Source of the DNA: Polynucleobacter sp. MWH-P3-07-1 | Lineage (GTDB): Bacteria > Pseudomonadota > Gammaproteobacteria > Burkholderiales > Burkholderiaceae | Direction of reading: 5' to 3' | DNA: 32,000 bases | NCBI RefSeq assembly: GCF_018687555.1 | Contig: NZ_CP061296.1 | Location: forward strand, 1,285,983 to 1,317,982 | In this document: piece by piece, positions 18,651 to 27,500 of the stretch | Position numbering within the stretch: position 1 is the stretch's first letter | How the letters are laid out: the number at the start of each line of letters is the position of its first letter | Made by a program: the position numbers and the translations under genes | Notes under the pieces: generated by a model | What the model saw: only the letters and a program-made list of their open reading frames with translations | The model's database searches: none | Told to the model about the DNA's origin: nothing

Positions 18651-19265
18651 TTAGTGAAATATAACTTTAGATAAATCTAAAAATTTCATTCCCAATTTTT
18701 CAGATGCATTTTTTCTCGCAATTTGTACTTTCTCATTACGCATGCACCAATTAAATTTCTTTTCGGCAACTTCTTCTATTGCATTAAAAGTCTTTAAATC
18801 AGCAATATCTAGATCAATGCCCTGCTTAACTTTATGCATTGCTTTATAAAAGGCCTCAATGCTACCTGCGCCTAACTTATCGGTTATATATGCACCAAAC
18901 TTATGTGCTGCAGTTTTTTCTTGATTTAAATTGATCATCATCTGTAAATGAATAACTAAACCATCCCTATCAATAAATTGCATTCCATACTTTTTACATG
19001 CTTTAAGTCTAGCCTTGGTTACAGCCGAATCTTTTAAACACATGCCATGCTTTTCATAAGTCAGCGCATCAATCTTATCTAGCACCTTCAAGTCATCTCT
19101 ACTCAAAGTAGCTTTATTCAATACCTTTCCAATAGCACGCGAATATATGTGTAATTCGGACTTCTCTAAAGAGCGAGTAATTGTTGTATTCACATCTAAT
19201 AAGTTTTGCCCACTGAACCTATCAATTACGTTGTTTAGTTTTACTTTTTCTTGAATAAATTGCAT
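18651..19265 (-). CDS. hypothetical protein (204 aa, internally duplicated)
   Basis: AGGAG Shine-Dalgarno upstream. The two halves align (see findings). Confidence 0.6.
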   Translation of the reverse strand: MQFIQEKVKLNNVIDRFSGQNLLDVNTTITRSLEKSELHIYSRAIGKVLNKATLSRDDLKVLDKIDALTYEKHGMCLKDSAVTKARLKACKKYGMQFIDRDGLVIHLQMMINLNQEKTAAHKFGAYITDKLGAGSIEAFYKAMHKVKQGIDLDIADLKTFNAIEEVAEKKFNWCMRNEKVQIARKNASEKLGMKFLDLSKVIFH

Positions 19266-19283
19266 TTTTAATACTCCTAATAA

Positions 19284-19303
19284 ACATAGCGAAATTGCTA
19301 TGT
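19284..19303. promoter_or_regulatory. inverted repeat in a divergent AT-rich promoter region
   Basis: ACATAGC-GAAATT-GCTATGT (7-bp arms) between the divergent genes at 19265 and 19377. Confidence 0.3.
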
Positions 19304-19376
19304 AAGTAGGATATGATTTATTACTTTTATTAAAAATTAACTTATATATAGATCTTTATTTTGGTAATATTTAATT

Positions 19377-20246
19377 ATGACAAATCGACAAAAATTACCC
19401 CGCTTTGAGTCTCAAGAAAGCCATTGGGAAGAAAGTGGCTTATTCGCTGCTAGTGACTGGCGTTATGACGCTTTAATTGATTACTTAAAACTCAGCCCCA
19501 GCTATCAGCTAGTTTGCGAATGGGCTAGGAAAGGTAAAAAAGCACTTCCGGCCAATGCTCCCAAAGACTGGCAGCAAATAGTTAAGACTTATGAAGATTT
19601 TGGGGATGTATGGCGTATTCCAGAAAGTCGCTGGTGGGACAGTCGCGGGAAAGCGCTATTTGGTATTAAAGCAGCCAAAGCTCAAACATTCGCCGTTGGA
19701 TATTCTGATGAAGCCACTCTTATTAATAGCAGCACAGCCACTCAATCACGGAACACATGGCAAGACATGGGCAAGCCAGAGTGCTTGGTACTAGCTATAC
19801 CAACCAATCAAACTAAACAAATGGCCCTAAAGCAAATTAATGCCATAGTTCGTGCTGGTAATTTTGTATGCACTAAACCAAAGTTAATTAGACCGAAATA
19901 TGAGCTAATACGCTCTAAGTTACGCGAGCCTACTATTAAGCTAGGCACTATTGCACTAAAGATGTACCAAAATGGTTACCCGCTTTGGCTTATTGGCACT
20001 AGACTTGAACTATCTCCTGCCCACCACATTAAATTAGATGATAAGGGAAATCCTGATCCCGGCGAACTCAATCTAGCTGATAAAAAAATACGTCTACAAA
20101 TCCTAGCGAGTAAATTGGTAGCTAAAGCAGAGCTGATTGCTGAAAATGCCGCACGTGGGCTCTACCCTACTGACGCTCCTTGTAGGTATGCCATGAAGTT
20201 TAAATCTGCAACCCGCAAAGTAGGCAGGCCCAGTAAATCTAAATAA
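19377..20246 (+). CDS. hypothetical protein (289 aa, basic C-terminal tail KSATRKVGRPSKSK)
   Basis: Long ORF in AT-rich DNA. The GRP-containing basic tail is AT-hook-like. No other domain recognised. Confidence 0.55.
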   Translation: MTNRQKLPRFESQESHWEESGLFAASDWRYDALIDYLKLSPSYQLVCEWARKGKKALPANAPKDWQQIVKTYEDFGDVWRIPESRWWDSRGKALFGIKAAKAQTFAVGYSDEATLINSSTATQSRNTWQDMGKPECLVLAIPTNQTKQMALKQINAIVRAGNFVCTKPKLIRPKYELIRSKLREPTIKLGTIALKMYQNGYPLWLIGTRLELSPAHHIKLDDKGNPDPGELNLADKKIRLQILASKLVAKAELIAENAARGLYPTDAPCRYAMKFKSATRKVGRPSKSK

Positions 20247-20811
20247 GCTCTACAGCTCTTCGCTTCATATCATCGTTCACATCAATATAAGCCTGCGTAG
20301 TGCTGATATTCTTATGACCTGCCAAGCTCATTAATACTCTCACCCCAATACCTTTACTTGCCAAGTTCGTAATAAAGCTTCTACGTCCACTGTGACTCGT
20401 GGCTCCTTCTATTTGGCATTGCCTATAGATGCCATTCATATGCTGAGTTAATGTATTAGCAGTAAAGCCTCTACGTGGAAACTTCTGGGTTGGAAAAAAG
20501 GCCCACTGGGGATCTCTGGTTTTTAGAGTATCTGCATAACCCTGTAATTCAACCCTCAACTTCTCATTCACAAATACAGTGCGAGCTATCGCACCTTTAG
20601 TCTGCTCAGCACTCAAGCGAATCTCGCTTTTCACCATCAAATTGGCGTCTAAAACGTCGCACATGCGTAGCGCAGCAACTTCACCCACTCTAAGTCCAGC
20701 CCAGTGGGTTAGCAGCAATATCGCCCTATTACGCTGGGCATGTTTAGATAGTTTTACGTAATCAAGTACTCGCTCTAATTCTTCAGCTTTAAATGTCTTT
20801 GCTTGTGCCAT
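20239..20811 (-). CDS. tyrosine recombinase/integrase, catalytic domain only (190 aa)
   Basis: AGGAG Shine-Dalgarno upstream. Catalytic residues are all present: R in AGLRVGE, K in EQTKG, H-x-x-R in SHSGRRSF, H in LAGHKNISTT and Y in TQAYIDV. Confidence 0.85.
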   Translation of the reverse strand: MAQAKTFKAEELERVLDYVKLSKHAQRNRAILLLTHWAGLRVGEVAALRMCDVLDANLMVKSEIRLSAEQTKGAIARTVFVNEKLRVELQGYADTLKTRDPQWAFFPTQKFPRRGFTANTLTQHMNGIYRQCQIEGATSHSGRRSFITNLASKGIGVRVLMSLAGHKNISTTQAYIDVNDDMKRRAVELI

Positions 20812-20939
20812 ATAGCTAGCTCCTAAAAGTAATATTTACTTAGCTATAAGCATATTTTCTGATGTATGGAATGGACAACCGAGAGTGTCAAAATGCCACA
20901 GAGTATGTGATCTCTAAGTTTTCAATGACTTACAGGCTG

Positions 20940-20973
20940 AACTACAGGAAAGCTAGATTTCCTGTAGTTTTTT
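20940..20973. terminator. 12-bp hairpin with T-run on the plus strand
   Basis: AACTACAGGAAA-GCTAGA-TTTCCTGTAGTT-TTTT. Lies between the 157-aa gene and the integrase gene, both on the minus strand. Confidence 0.45.
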
Positions 20974-21012
20974 AAATTATGGAATCTTTATGGAAAACTA
21001 TGGTGCAAATGA

Positions 21013-21486
21013 CTAAGGGATATTTGCCAACATTGGAAATGGCTGATGATCTGTCATACCACTTACATGCTCCATCCAAACTATCAATTTTTGTGAATCA
21101 GATAACTTACTATATGTATCAATTCCATCATAAACCTCATAATCTGTATAGCCAGGATCCTCAAAAGATCTTATGGCCCCATCATTTCCATTGCGAATTT
21201 CACGGAATATGATCTGGTACAAAAATTTATCGGAACCCATATCTCGATCTATCTTTCCGAAAAGGTCATCTAATTTGGCATGAAAGATTAAGTCTGCAAC
21301 TTTATCAAAATCTTTTTGATCGCTAATAGTTTTAAGCCAGTAATAGACCTCTAATCTTGTCATCTTATACACATAGTATGAAAAATCATTCCGATACAAA
21401 CCCTCCAAGAGTTTTTCTTGTGTTTTTAAAGCGCGATTAGACTCTGATGTTCCTACTTGAATTTTTGATTTTTTACTTGTCGCCAT
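21013..21486 (-). CDS. hypothetical protein (157 aa)
   Basis: The longest ORF at this locus, with AAAAGG upstream of the ATG. No domain recognised. Confidence 0.55.
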   Translation of the reverse strand: MATSKKSKIQVGTSESNRALKTQEKLLEGLYRNDFSYYVYKMTRLEVYYWLKTISDQKDFDKVADLIFHAKLDDLFGKIDRDMGSDKFLYQIIFREIRNGNDGAIRSFEDPGYTDYEVYDGIDTYSKLSDSQKLIVWMEHVSGMTDHQPFPMLANIP

Positions 21487-21632
21487 GATTACCTTTTTAT
21501 AGAAGGTGAACTGCGTTCACCCGTTCTTCGCTCGCGCTCATCACATTTATTCCGTTCTATATTACATAATAATCATGATTGGATCTATTGATTTATTGAC
21601 AAGATTGGTTGATAGATTCTTTAGTCAAACGA

Positions 21633-21663
21633 CGGCTATAGCACTAGGAAAGTACTATAGCCG
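21633..21663. other. strong hairpin in a 391-bp non-coding region
   Basis: CGGCTATAG / CTATAGCCG 9-bp stem plus an inner 3 bp (ACT/AGT), with a 5-nt loop. Confidence 0.5.
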
Positions 21664-21815
21664 CCGCTTCGTGTAGATTGGTCTGATGAGTTCCTCAGCA
21701 ACACGACTCTAAAAGAATTTATTGGAGACAGATGTATTAAAACTCCAAACCCTAAATAACAGGGAATTCTGCGGCCTACTTGTAGTGCATAACCTTTAGA
21801 GCATTTATGCCAAGT

Positions 21816-21853
21816 GCGGGCTCATTAGCCGACGTATTACAACCCGCGTTTTT
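21816..21853 (+). terminator. terminator-like hairpin plus T-run, with no upstream plus-strand ORF
   Basis: GCGGG...(inner GGCT-CATT-AGCC)...CCCGC followed by GTTTTTGCCGTTT. Confidence 0.35.
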
Positions 21854-21877
21854 GCCGTTTAAGGTGAGCTAACCTTA

Positions 21878-22183
21878 TTACCCCTGTTTTTGCCTATGTA
21901 ATTGCCTGCGTATCTTTTTATATAAATTGAGTACTTGGTACATGCGCTTTTGCGTAGCATTACTATTAAATGCCTGTATTAGTTCAGTTTGCTCTGACGT
22001 TAATAAATCCACACAATCAATCAATAACTGCTTACTAGCTGCCTTCGCCCTTATGTAATCAATCTCCAAATCTGGGCTAAAGAAAGTGCTTGGGTTATAC
22101 CCATTAGCCTTAAGCCAAGCATCTCTTAGCTTGATGTCTTTGATAGTCTGATAACTTTGCATACAGTTATTTATTAATACCAA
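21878..22183 (-). CDS. hypothetical protein (about 94-101 aa)
   Basis: The track start at 22183 is a TTG. The first ATG is at 22162 (MQSYQTIKD). No domain recognised. Confidence 0.5.
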   Translation of the reverse strand: MVLINNCMQSYQTIKDIKLRDAWLKANGYNPSTFFSPDLEIDYIRAKAASKQLLIDCVDLLTSEQTELIQAFNSNATQKRMYQVLNLYKKIRRQLHRQKQG

Positions 22184-22316
22184 TGATCGCCCGCTGATCT
22201 TTTATTTCTTCATGGATTTCAATGGCTTATATGGCTTATTTTGTGGCCTTTTTCGGTAGGAATTTAAATACTCTGAAGTTACTGTAATAGCTATACAAAC
22301 ACTCCAGGAGCAAGAG

Positions 22317-22760
22317 ATGACAGCGCTTAGCAGCTTACAGCTAGTTAATAGTAAGAAGTCTTTAAAGGTTAGCCCAATCGTTCATAGACGCAATAAGTTG
22401 GTAGCCAAAATTCATGAGCAATTAGAGCTGTGTGAAGCAAAAATGAATGGGCAACTATATGCACCTAAAAAGCTACGTACATATATTAATAAACAAACTG
22501 GTGAGCGTATGACTGTGGAAGCTGTTAAACGGATTAAGGAATGGCACTGGACTACGCCCGATGGACTCATTCATTTGTCTGTCAAATACGGATCCAAAGT
22601 ATTGCCCTTATCAGCAGATGGTAGCAATGCCATTGTTTGCGCTAACAAGGATGCACTAGTGCAAGCTCTTAAGACATTAAAGGTTGCTGTGCTAGATGGG
22701 GAATTAGATACAGCTATTGCTGAAGCTAGCAGCTACACAAAATCTGGCTTTATCAAATGA
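22317..22760 (+). CDS. hypothetical protein (147 aa)
   Basis: AGGAG lies 6 nt upstream of the ATG. No domain recognised. Confidence 0.6.
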   Translation: MTALSSLQLVNSKKSLKVSPIVHRRNKLVAKIHEQLELCEAKMNGQLYAPKKLRTYINKQTGERMTVEAVKRIKEWHWTTPDGLIHLSVKYGSKVLPLSADGSNAIVCANKDALVQALKTLKVAVLDGELDTAIAEASSYTKSGFIK

Positions 22761-22865
22761 CCTTACTAATTTTCCTGGCGCTATTGGCAGAGCTCAATGA
22801 ATACCTTTAATCAGATTACTTCATCACCTAACTCATAGTACTAAATATATGAATAGGAGAACATC

Positions 22866-23333
22866 GTGCGCATATATGAAATTACCAACCCAGAAGATCA
22901 ACTGGCTTTACTGAAAATGATCATCGATAACACTTGGGCGGCCATTAGCAGAGAACAACAAACCAAAAAACCACTAGTCAAAGCTACTCCAGCGACTCCC
23001 CTTAAAAAAGGTGTAAAGCCTAAGGCTATTCCAAAGCCCAAAAAAGCTCCTTATGCTGCGACTCCAAAACCCTTAGCAAAACCTAATCCGGTATATCAAA
23101 CTCCAACACAAATACATCATCAACAACTCAAAACTAAGCAAGGCTATGCACAGGAGGTTGAAGGGACTTTTAATAAGGATGCCGTAAAAATGCCTAAGTC
23201 ATTGCAGCCCCTGCCAGGTAATATCATCAGCCCTATTGGTGGTGTTGATCCTGACTTTGAGAAGAAGATGCAGGACGCCCGAAATCAAGGCGAGCAAAAC
23301 CGCGCTAACGGGTCACTACCGCTGTCAAATTAA
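22866..23333 (+). CDS. hypothetical Pro/Lys-rich protein (155 aa, GTG start)
   Basis: TAGGAG lies 7 nt upstream of the GTG. The middle of the protein is low-complexity (KPKAIPKPKKAPYAATPKPLAKPNP). Confidence 0.55.
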   Translation: MRIYEITNPEDQLALLKMIIDNTWAAISREQQTKKPLVKATPATPLKKGVKPKAIPKPKKAPYAATPKPLAKPNPVYQTPTQIHHQQLKTKQGYAQEVEGTFNKDAVKMPKSLQPLPGNIISPIGGVDPDFEKKMQDARNQGEQNRANGSLPLSN

Positions 23334-23397
23334 TCAGATTAATTTTCCTACTCATCAGGCAAACAGGCTATGCGAACCGCAATACTGATACTTTCTA

Positions 23398-23418
23398 AGC
23401 GTTACTTTAAGTAACGCT
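23398..23418. promoter_or_regulatory. perfect 21-bp palindrome upstream of the exonuclease gene
   Basis: AGCGTTACT-TTA-AGTAACGCT, 37 nt upstream of the ATG at 23455. No adjacent T-run. Confidence 0.4.
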
Positions 23419-23454
23419 CATAATTACACCTATAACTACCAATCCTAATTACCC

Positions 23455-24111
23455 ATGTCCAAAACCATTATTTTCGATACCGAAGCTACAGGTATTAAAG
23501 AACCCGTACTCATAGAAGCTGCTTGGGTTGAACTGGAGTCCTTATACCCATTCTCAATCACTAACCCCTTTGTCCAGCGTTATAACCCTGGTAAACCTAT
23601 TGCCTTAGGCGCACTAGCTACCCATCACATCATGGATGAGGAATTGGTTAATTGCCCACCAGCTGCTAGCTTTACCCTGCCTGGACACGTGGACTACATG
23701 ATTGGGCATAACGTGGACTTTGACTGGGAAGTAATTGGTAAACCTGATGTCAAACGTATCTGTACACTGGCACTTGCTCGCAAACTATGGCCAGACTTAG
23801 ATAACCATAATCAAAGCGCATTGATGTACTACTTAGAGCGCGATACAGCACGAGAGCAATTACGTAATGCTCACTCTGCTATTGCCGATGTGGGTATATG
23901 CGCCGTGATCCTAGATCACATTTGCCAAGAGCTAGGGGTAAAGACTATTGAAGATTTATATGCTGAATCTGAAAAGGCTAGAACCCCAACAACCATGCCA
24001 TTTGGTAAACATAAGGGCGTGTTGTTATCAGATGTTCCCAGCGACTATAAACAGTGGCTACTGACTCAAGGGGATATTGATCCGTATTTGAGAAAAGCTT
24101 TGGAGGTTTAA
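23455..24111 (+). CDS. DEDDh 3'-5' exonuclease, ExoX-like architecture
   Basis: 218 aa with Exo I IIFDTEATG, Exo II GHNVDFDW and Exo III HSAIADV. The C-terminal MPFGKHKGVLLSDVPSDYKQWLL resembles the ExoX C-terminal domain. Confidence 0.85.
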   Translation: MSKTIIFDTEATGIKEPVLIEAAWVELESLYPFSITNPFVQRYNPGKPIALGALATHHIMDEELVNCPPAASFTLPGHVDYMIGHNVDFDWEVIGKPDVKRICTLALARKLWPDLDNHNQSALMYYLERDTAREQLRNAHSAIADVGICAVILDHICQELGVKTIEDLYAESEKARTPTTMPFGKHKGVLLSDVPSDYKQWLLTQGDIDPYLRKALEV

Positions 24112-24112
24112 A

Positions 24113-24529
24113 TTAGCCAACAATGCCATCATTTGAATAAGGCTCGGGAATTATTAAATCTGGTATTGGCTCACCTAATGTTACAAGCCTCGGGGTGTGA
24201 AGATCATTCAAATCAAAAAATGAGTTTAGTAATCTAAAGCAATTAATTACCGAATGATGCGTTTGTATAGGTTCAATTTCTGGATGGGATATATTCCGGG
24301 TGCCAGAATATATCATTGAATAAATGTCGTATAGCCAGTTTGATACAAGTTCAGAATTACCCCCCAACGAACCAACCAATGCTTCTGGTGCAAAAAAATT
24401 ACTAGCGCCCTTTAGAATTTCCGAGGCGAGAGAAGTATCGCCATTCAATAAAGCCTCTTTACTCGCTTTTCCTACCCAATCCACAACTTTCAAATCATCC
24501 TCTTGACCCCAAAGCCAACTCCTACTCAT
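24113..24529 (-). CDS. hypothetical protein (138 aa) translationally coupled to zorD
   Basis: Its ATG overlaps the zorD stop (ATGA at 24526-24529). No domain recognised. Confidence 0.6.
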   Translation of the reverse strand: MSRSWLWGQEDDLKVVDWVGKASKEALLNGDTSLASEILKGASNFFAPEALVGSLGGNSELVSNWLYDIYSMIYSGTRNISHPEIEPIQTHHSVINCFRLLNSFFDLNDLHTPRLVTLGEPIPDLIIPEPYSNDGIVG

Positions 24530-27500
24530 ATATTCACCGAAGATTTAGACGTACTCATATAGAACTTAAAAATTTCTTCATCCAGAGTTAATTGCTTAAG
24601 CTGGACTTTATTCAACAATTCAATCAACTCAGCTCTTCCTATTAGCTTTACTCCAAGAGTGTTGGCCTGCTGAATTGCAGTTGCATTAAATTTCTTATTA
24701 GTAATTGCAGCCTTCTGGAATATTACGCCCGGATGCCTTGCCTGATAAGCCGGACTTCCAGCGGTAACTTCTTTGACTGCATCCCACCCTAGCTCATCTT
24801 GCGTGCTGTGTTTACACTGACCAATCATACCTTTGCCATCGATACCAATAACAACAATATCAATGCCGCCATCACCTCTTTGTTTTTGGGTAATGTAGGC
24901 TTTATTTGGATAGGCGCCAAATAGTAGCTGACAAAATACCTCAAATGTAGCCCCATCCAGAGTATCGACACGGTTTATATCAACCAACTTATCTGCATCA
25001 ACTTTAATTCCACCAGGGCCACTATCTGGCATTAATGTTCCGGATGGTATATCAGAACCCACCCCATCTAACATATCCCCAGCAAGATCCATCTTTAAAG
25101 TCATTAATCGATCTAACTTAGCGTCAAAGGTCACAAAGTCTTCAGCTGTGATAGTTGGGCAATAAACATATACATCCTTAGTCTGCCCAATACGATATGC
25201 CCTATCTGTTGCTTGGCCTTCTTTAGCCGGATTCCACGTTCTCGTGAAATGGATCACATGATTGGCTGAAACTATGTTTACTCCAAAGCCAACAGCCAAT
25301 GGAGAGAGAATGATTACGCCAAAACCGTCGCGTGATTGGAACGCATCAATTAAATCCTGTCGATCATCAATATCTCCATTAATGATCTGCGCTGAAAAAT
25401 CAAAGCGTTTACGTATAAACAGAACTAATGATCTTTGAATTTCCTTGATATCTGTAAATATGATCACTTTCTCTTGCTTTTGTGCAATCATTTCCAGCGT
25501 ACTCAATAACCACTTCAATTTAGGAGCATTATTTAAATGAGTGTCGACCCCATTTGTATCTATAGCAAAAGTGGTCTTTGGGAGACAATAGGGTTCGGAA
25601 CACAAAGCTCTTACAAAATGGAGAACTGCAAAAGAAATATTTGACCTTCTTCTTGCATCCTTTTCTTGAGCTGCTGCTGCAATTTGACGCAATCCCTGCG
25701 CATATAAATTTCTCTGATGATTTGAAATGGGAACAGATAACCTTTTCCTAAGAGCTCCATCAAACTCATATTCATCATTTGAAACTAATATCTTCTGAGG
25801 CAACTCATCAGCAATATCACTCTTCATTCTTCTTAAAATCTGAGGGCTAACTATTGCACGCAGATTTTCGATTACTTCTGCCGCCTTTTCATCGCCGGCT
25901 TCCTTAGCCTCAATCGGTTTTCTATATGTTCTACCGAATTCATCTAGAGCCCCAAGCAATCCAGGCTGTATAAAGTCAAACAAGCACCATAAATCTGCCA
26001 AACTGTTTTCTACAGGCGTTCCTGTGCAAGCAATTCTAAATTTAGCCTTCTGTTTTTTAGCCGCTGTTGTAGATTGTGCATTTGGCGTTTTAATTTTTTG
26101 AGCTTCATCACAAATCATGAACGTAAATTCTTGTCTAGCTAAACTAAACTCATAATCTCGTACAGTTTCATATGTAGTTAAGACCACCTTCGCAGAACCT
26201 AACCAATTTGGCGTTAATAGGTTTGCAATCTTCTTATCAAGTAATGACTGATCAATAAATTGCTTGGGCTGTCTTCTAGCACTTAACCCATCAGCATGAA
26301 GCAGCAATATCTCTGGAAAATTATTAAAAAAGTTCTTAGCTTCATTCTTCCAGTTTTGCATTAATACTGGAGGCGCAACAATTAATGAAGGCGGCGCCTC
26401 TGGATTGCGCTCATAAAACCAAGAAAGCAATGATAGAAGTTGTAATGTCTTTCCAAGCCCCATATCGTCAGCCAACAATGCACCTCGACAATATTCCGGA
26501 GCTTTTGAATACAAGTACTGCATCCAAGCTAATCCATCTAACTGATGTTTTTTTAACTTAATTTCACTCTTCAGATCAGTAGGTAGTTGAGGCGAAAAGC
26601 CTTCTGGCACTTTAAGTATTGCCGCACGCATTTCCTCTGCCGCAGTTTCACTATAGTCAAGCTGTGTAATATTTACTTTCACCAAGAGCGTCTCTTTGCG
26701 ACCTTTTCCTGGCGGGTTTGGACTTGGTGGAGTCGGGCCAGGTGGAGTCGGGCCTGGCGGGGTTGGACCTGGTGGAGTCGGGCCAGGTGGAGTCGGGCCA
26801 GGTGGAGTTGGGCCTGGCGGAGTTGGGCCAGGCGGCAGAGGATCACCCCCTGAACCAATAATCCCAAGCAAAACCTTTAGCTCTTTTACTAAATCAATAG
26901 CTTCAGGTATTGAAAGAGGAATTGGTAATCGGGGATCGGCAACTTTGTCGACACCTGCTGCCTTTGCCTGCTCAATCTTAGCCTCAAATTCCGTTACCCA
27001 TATTTCATCAACAGCTATAAAAACAGGTGCTGAGCCTGGAGTTAATGAAACACCGAGAAGCGGTGGCGCCCAAGAAGAGTCATCTCCACCCTCTTTTTTT
27101 ATGTAAGCTGAGTAGATGGGTTTTGCAACTCCAATACCATCAATTCGCCCACCATAATTATCGAGAGCATAAATGTCGTTAAAGTCTATGAAATTTTTTA
27201 CCTGATCTTTCCAAACATTGAACCAAACCTTAGCGCTATCCAATGTCTGATAAAGATCACCATCAACATCAATTACAAAATTACGCCAAGTAAAAAATTG
27301 ACGCTCTTCCGAGAGAGCCGATTCAATTTCTTGTATTAATAAGTTAAGCTCATGGGCAGTTGAAATAATTGATCTATCGGCCTTCGCCATCCCATCTTCA
27401 AGATTCTGATATATGGTTGCAGTAACACTTACAATGGTTCCTTTTTGTATGTCAGGAAAAAGCGTAATTCGAGTAGAGTAAATTCCAGCTTCTTCCTTAG

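Noticed and set aside
20862-20975. 37-aa plus-strand ORF upstream of the hairpin terminator
   Set aside because: It has no Shine-Dalgarno site and reads through the 12-bp hairpin. The similar 33-aa ORF at 21575-21676 also lacks a Shine-Dalgarno site and reads through the 21633-21663 hairpin.
21683-21690. CTGATGAG, the hammerhead ribozyme core-like motif
   Set aside because: There is no downstream GAAA core element and no three-stem architecture. It forms only a 4-bp local hairpin.
26710-26835. CRISPR-like or other non-coding tandem array
   Set aside because: The units are contiguous 15-mers with no spacers. They are in frame and embedded in a 1326-aa ORF.
26587-27106. Plus-strand ORFs (88 and 136 aa, W/R/G-rich) and the 62-aa minus off-frame ORF over the repeat
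   Set aside because: They are low-complexity translations of the complement or shifted frame of the PPGPT repeat, fully inside the well-supported zorD frame.
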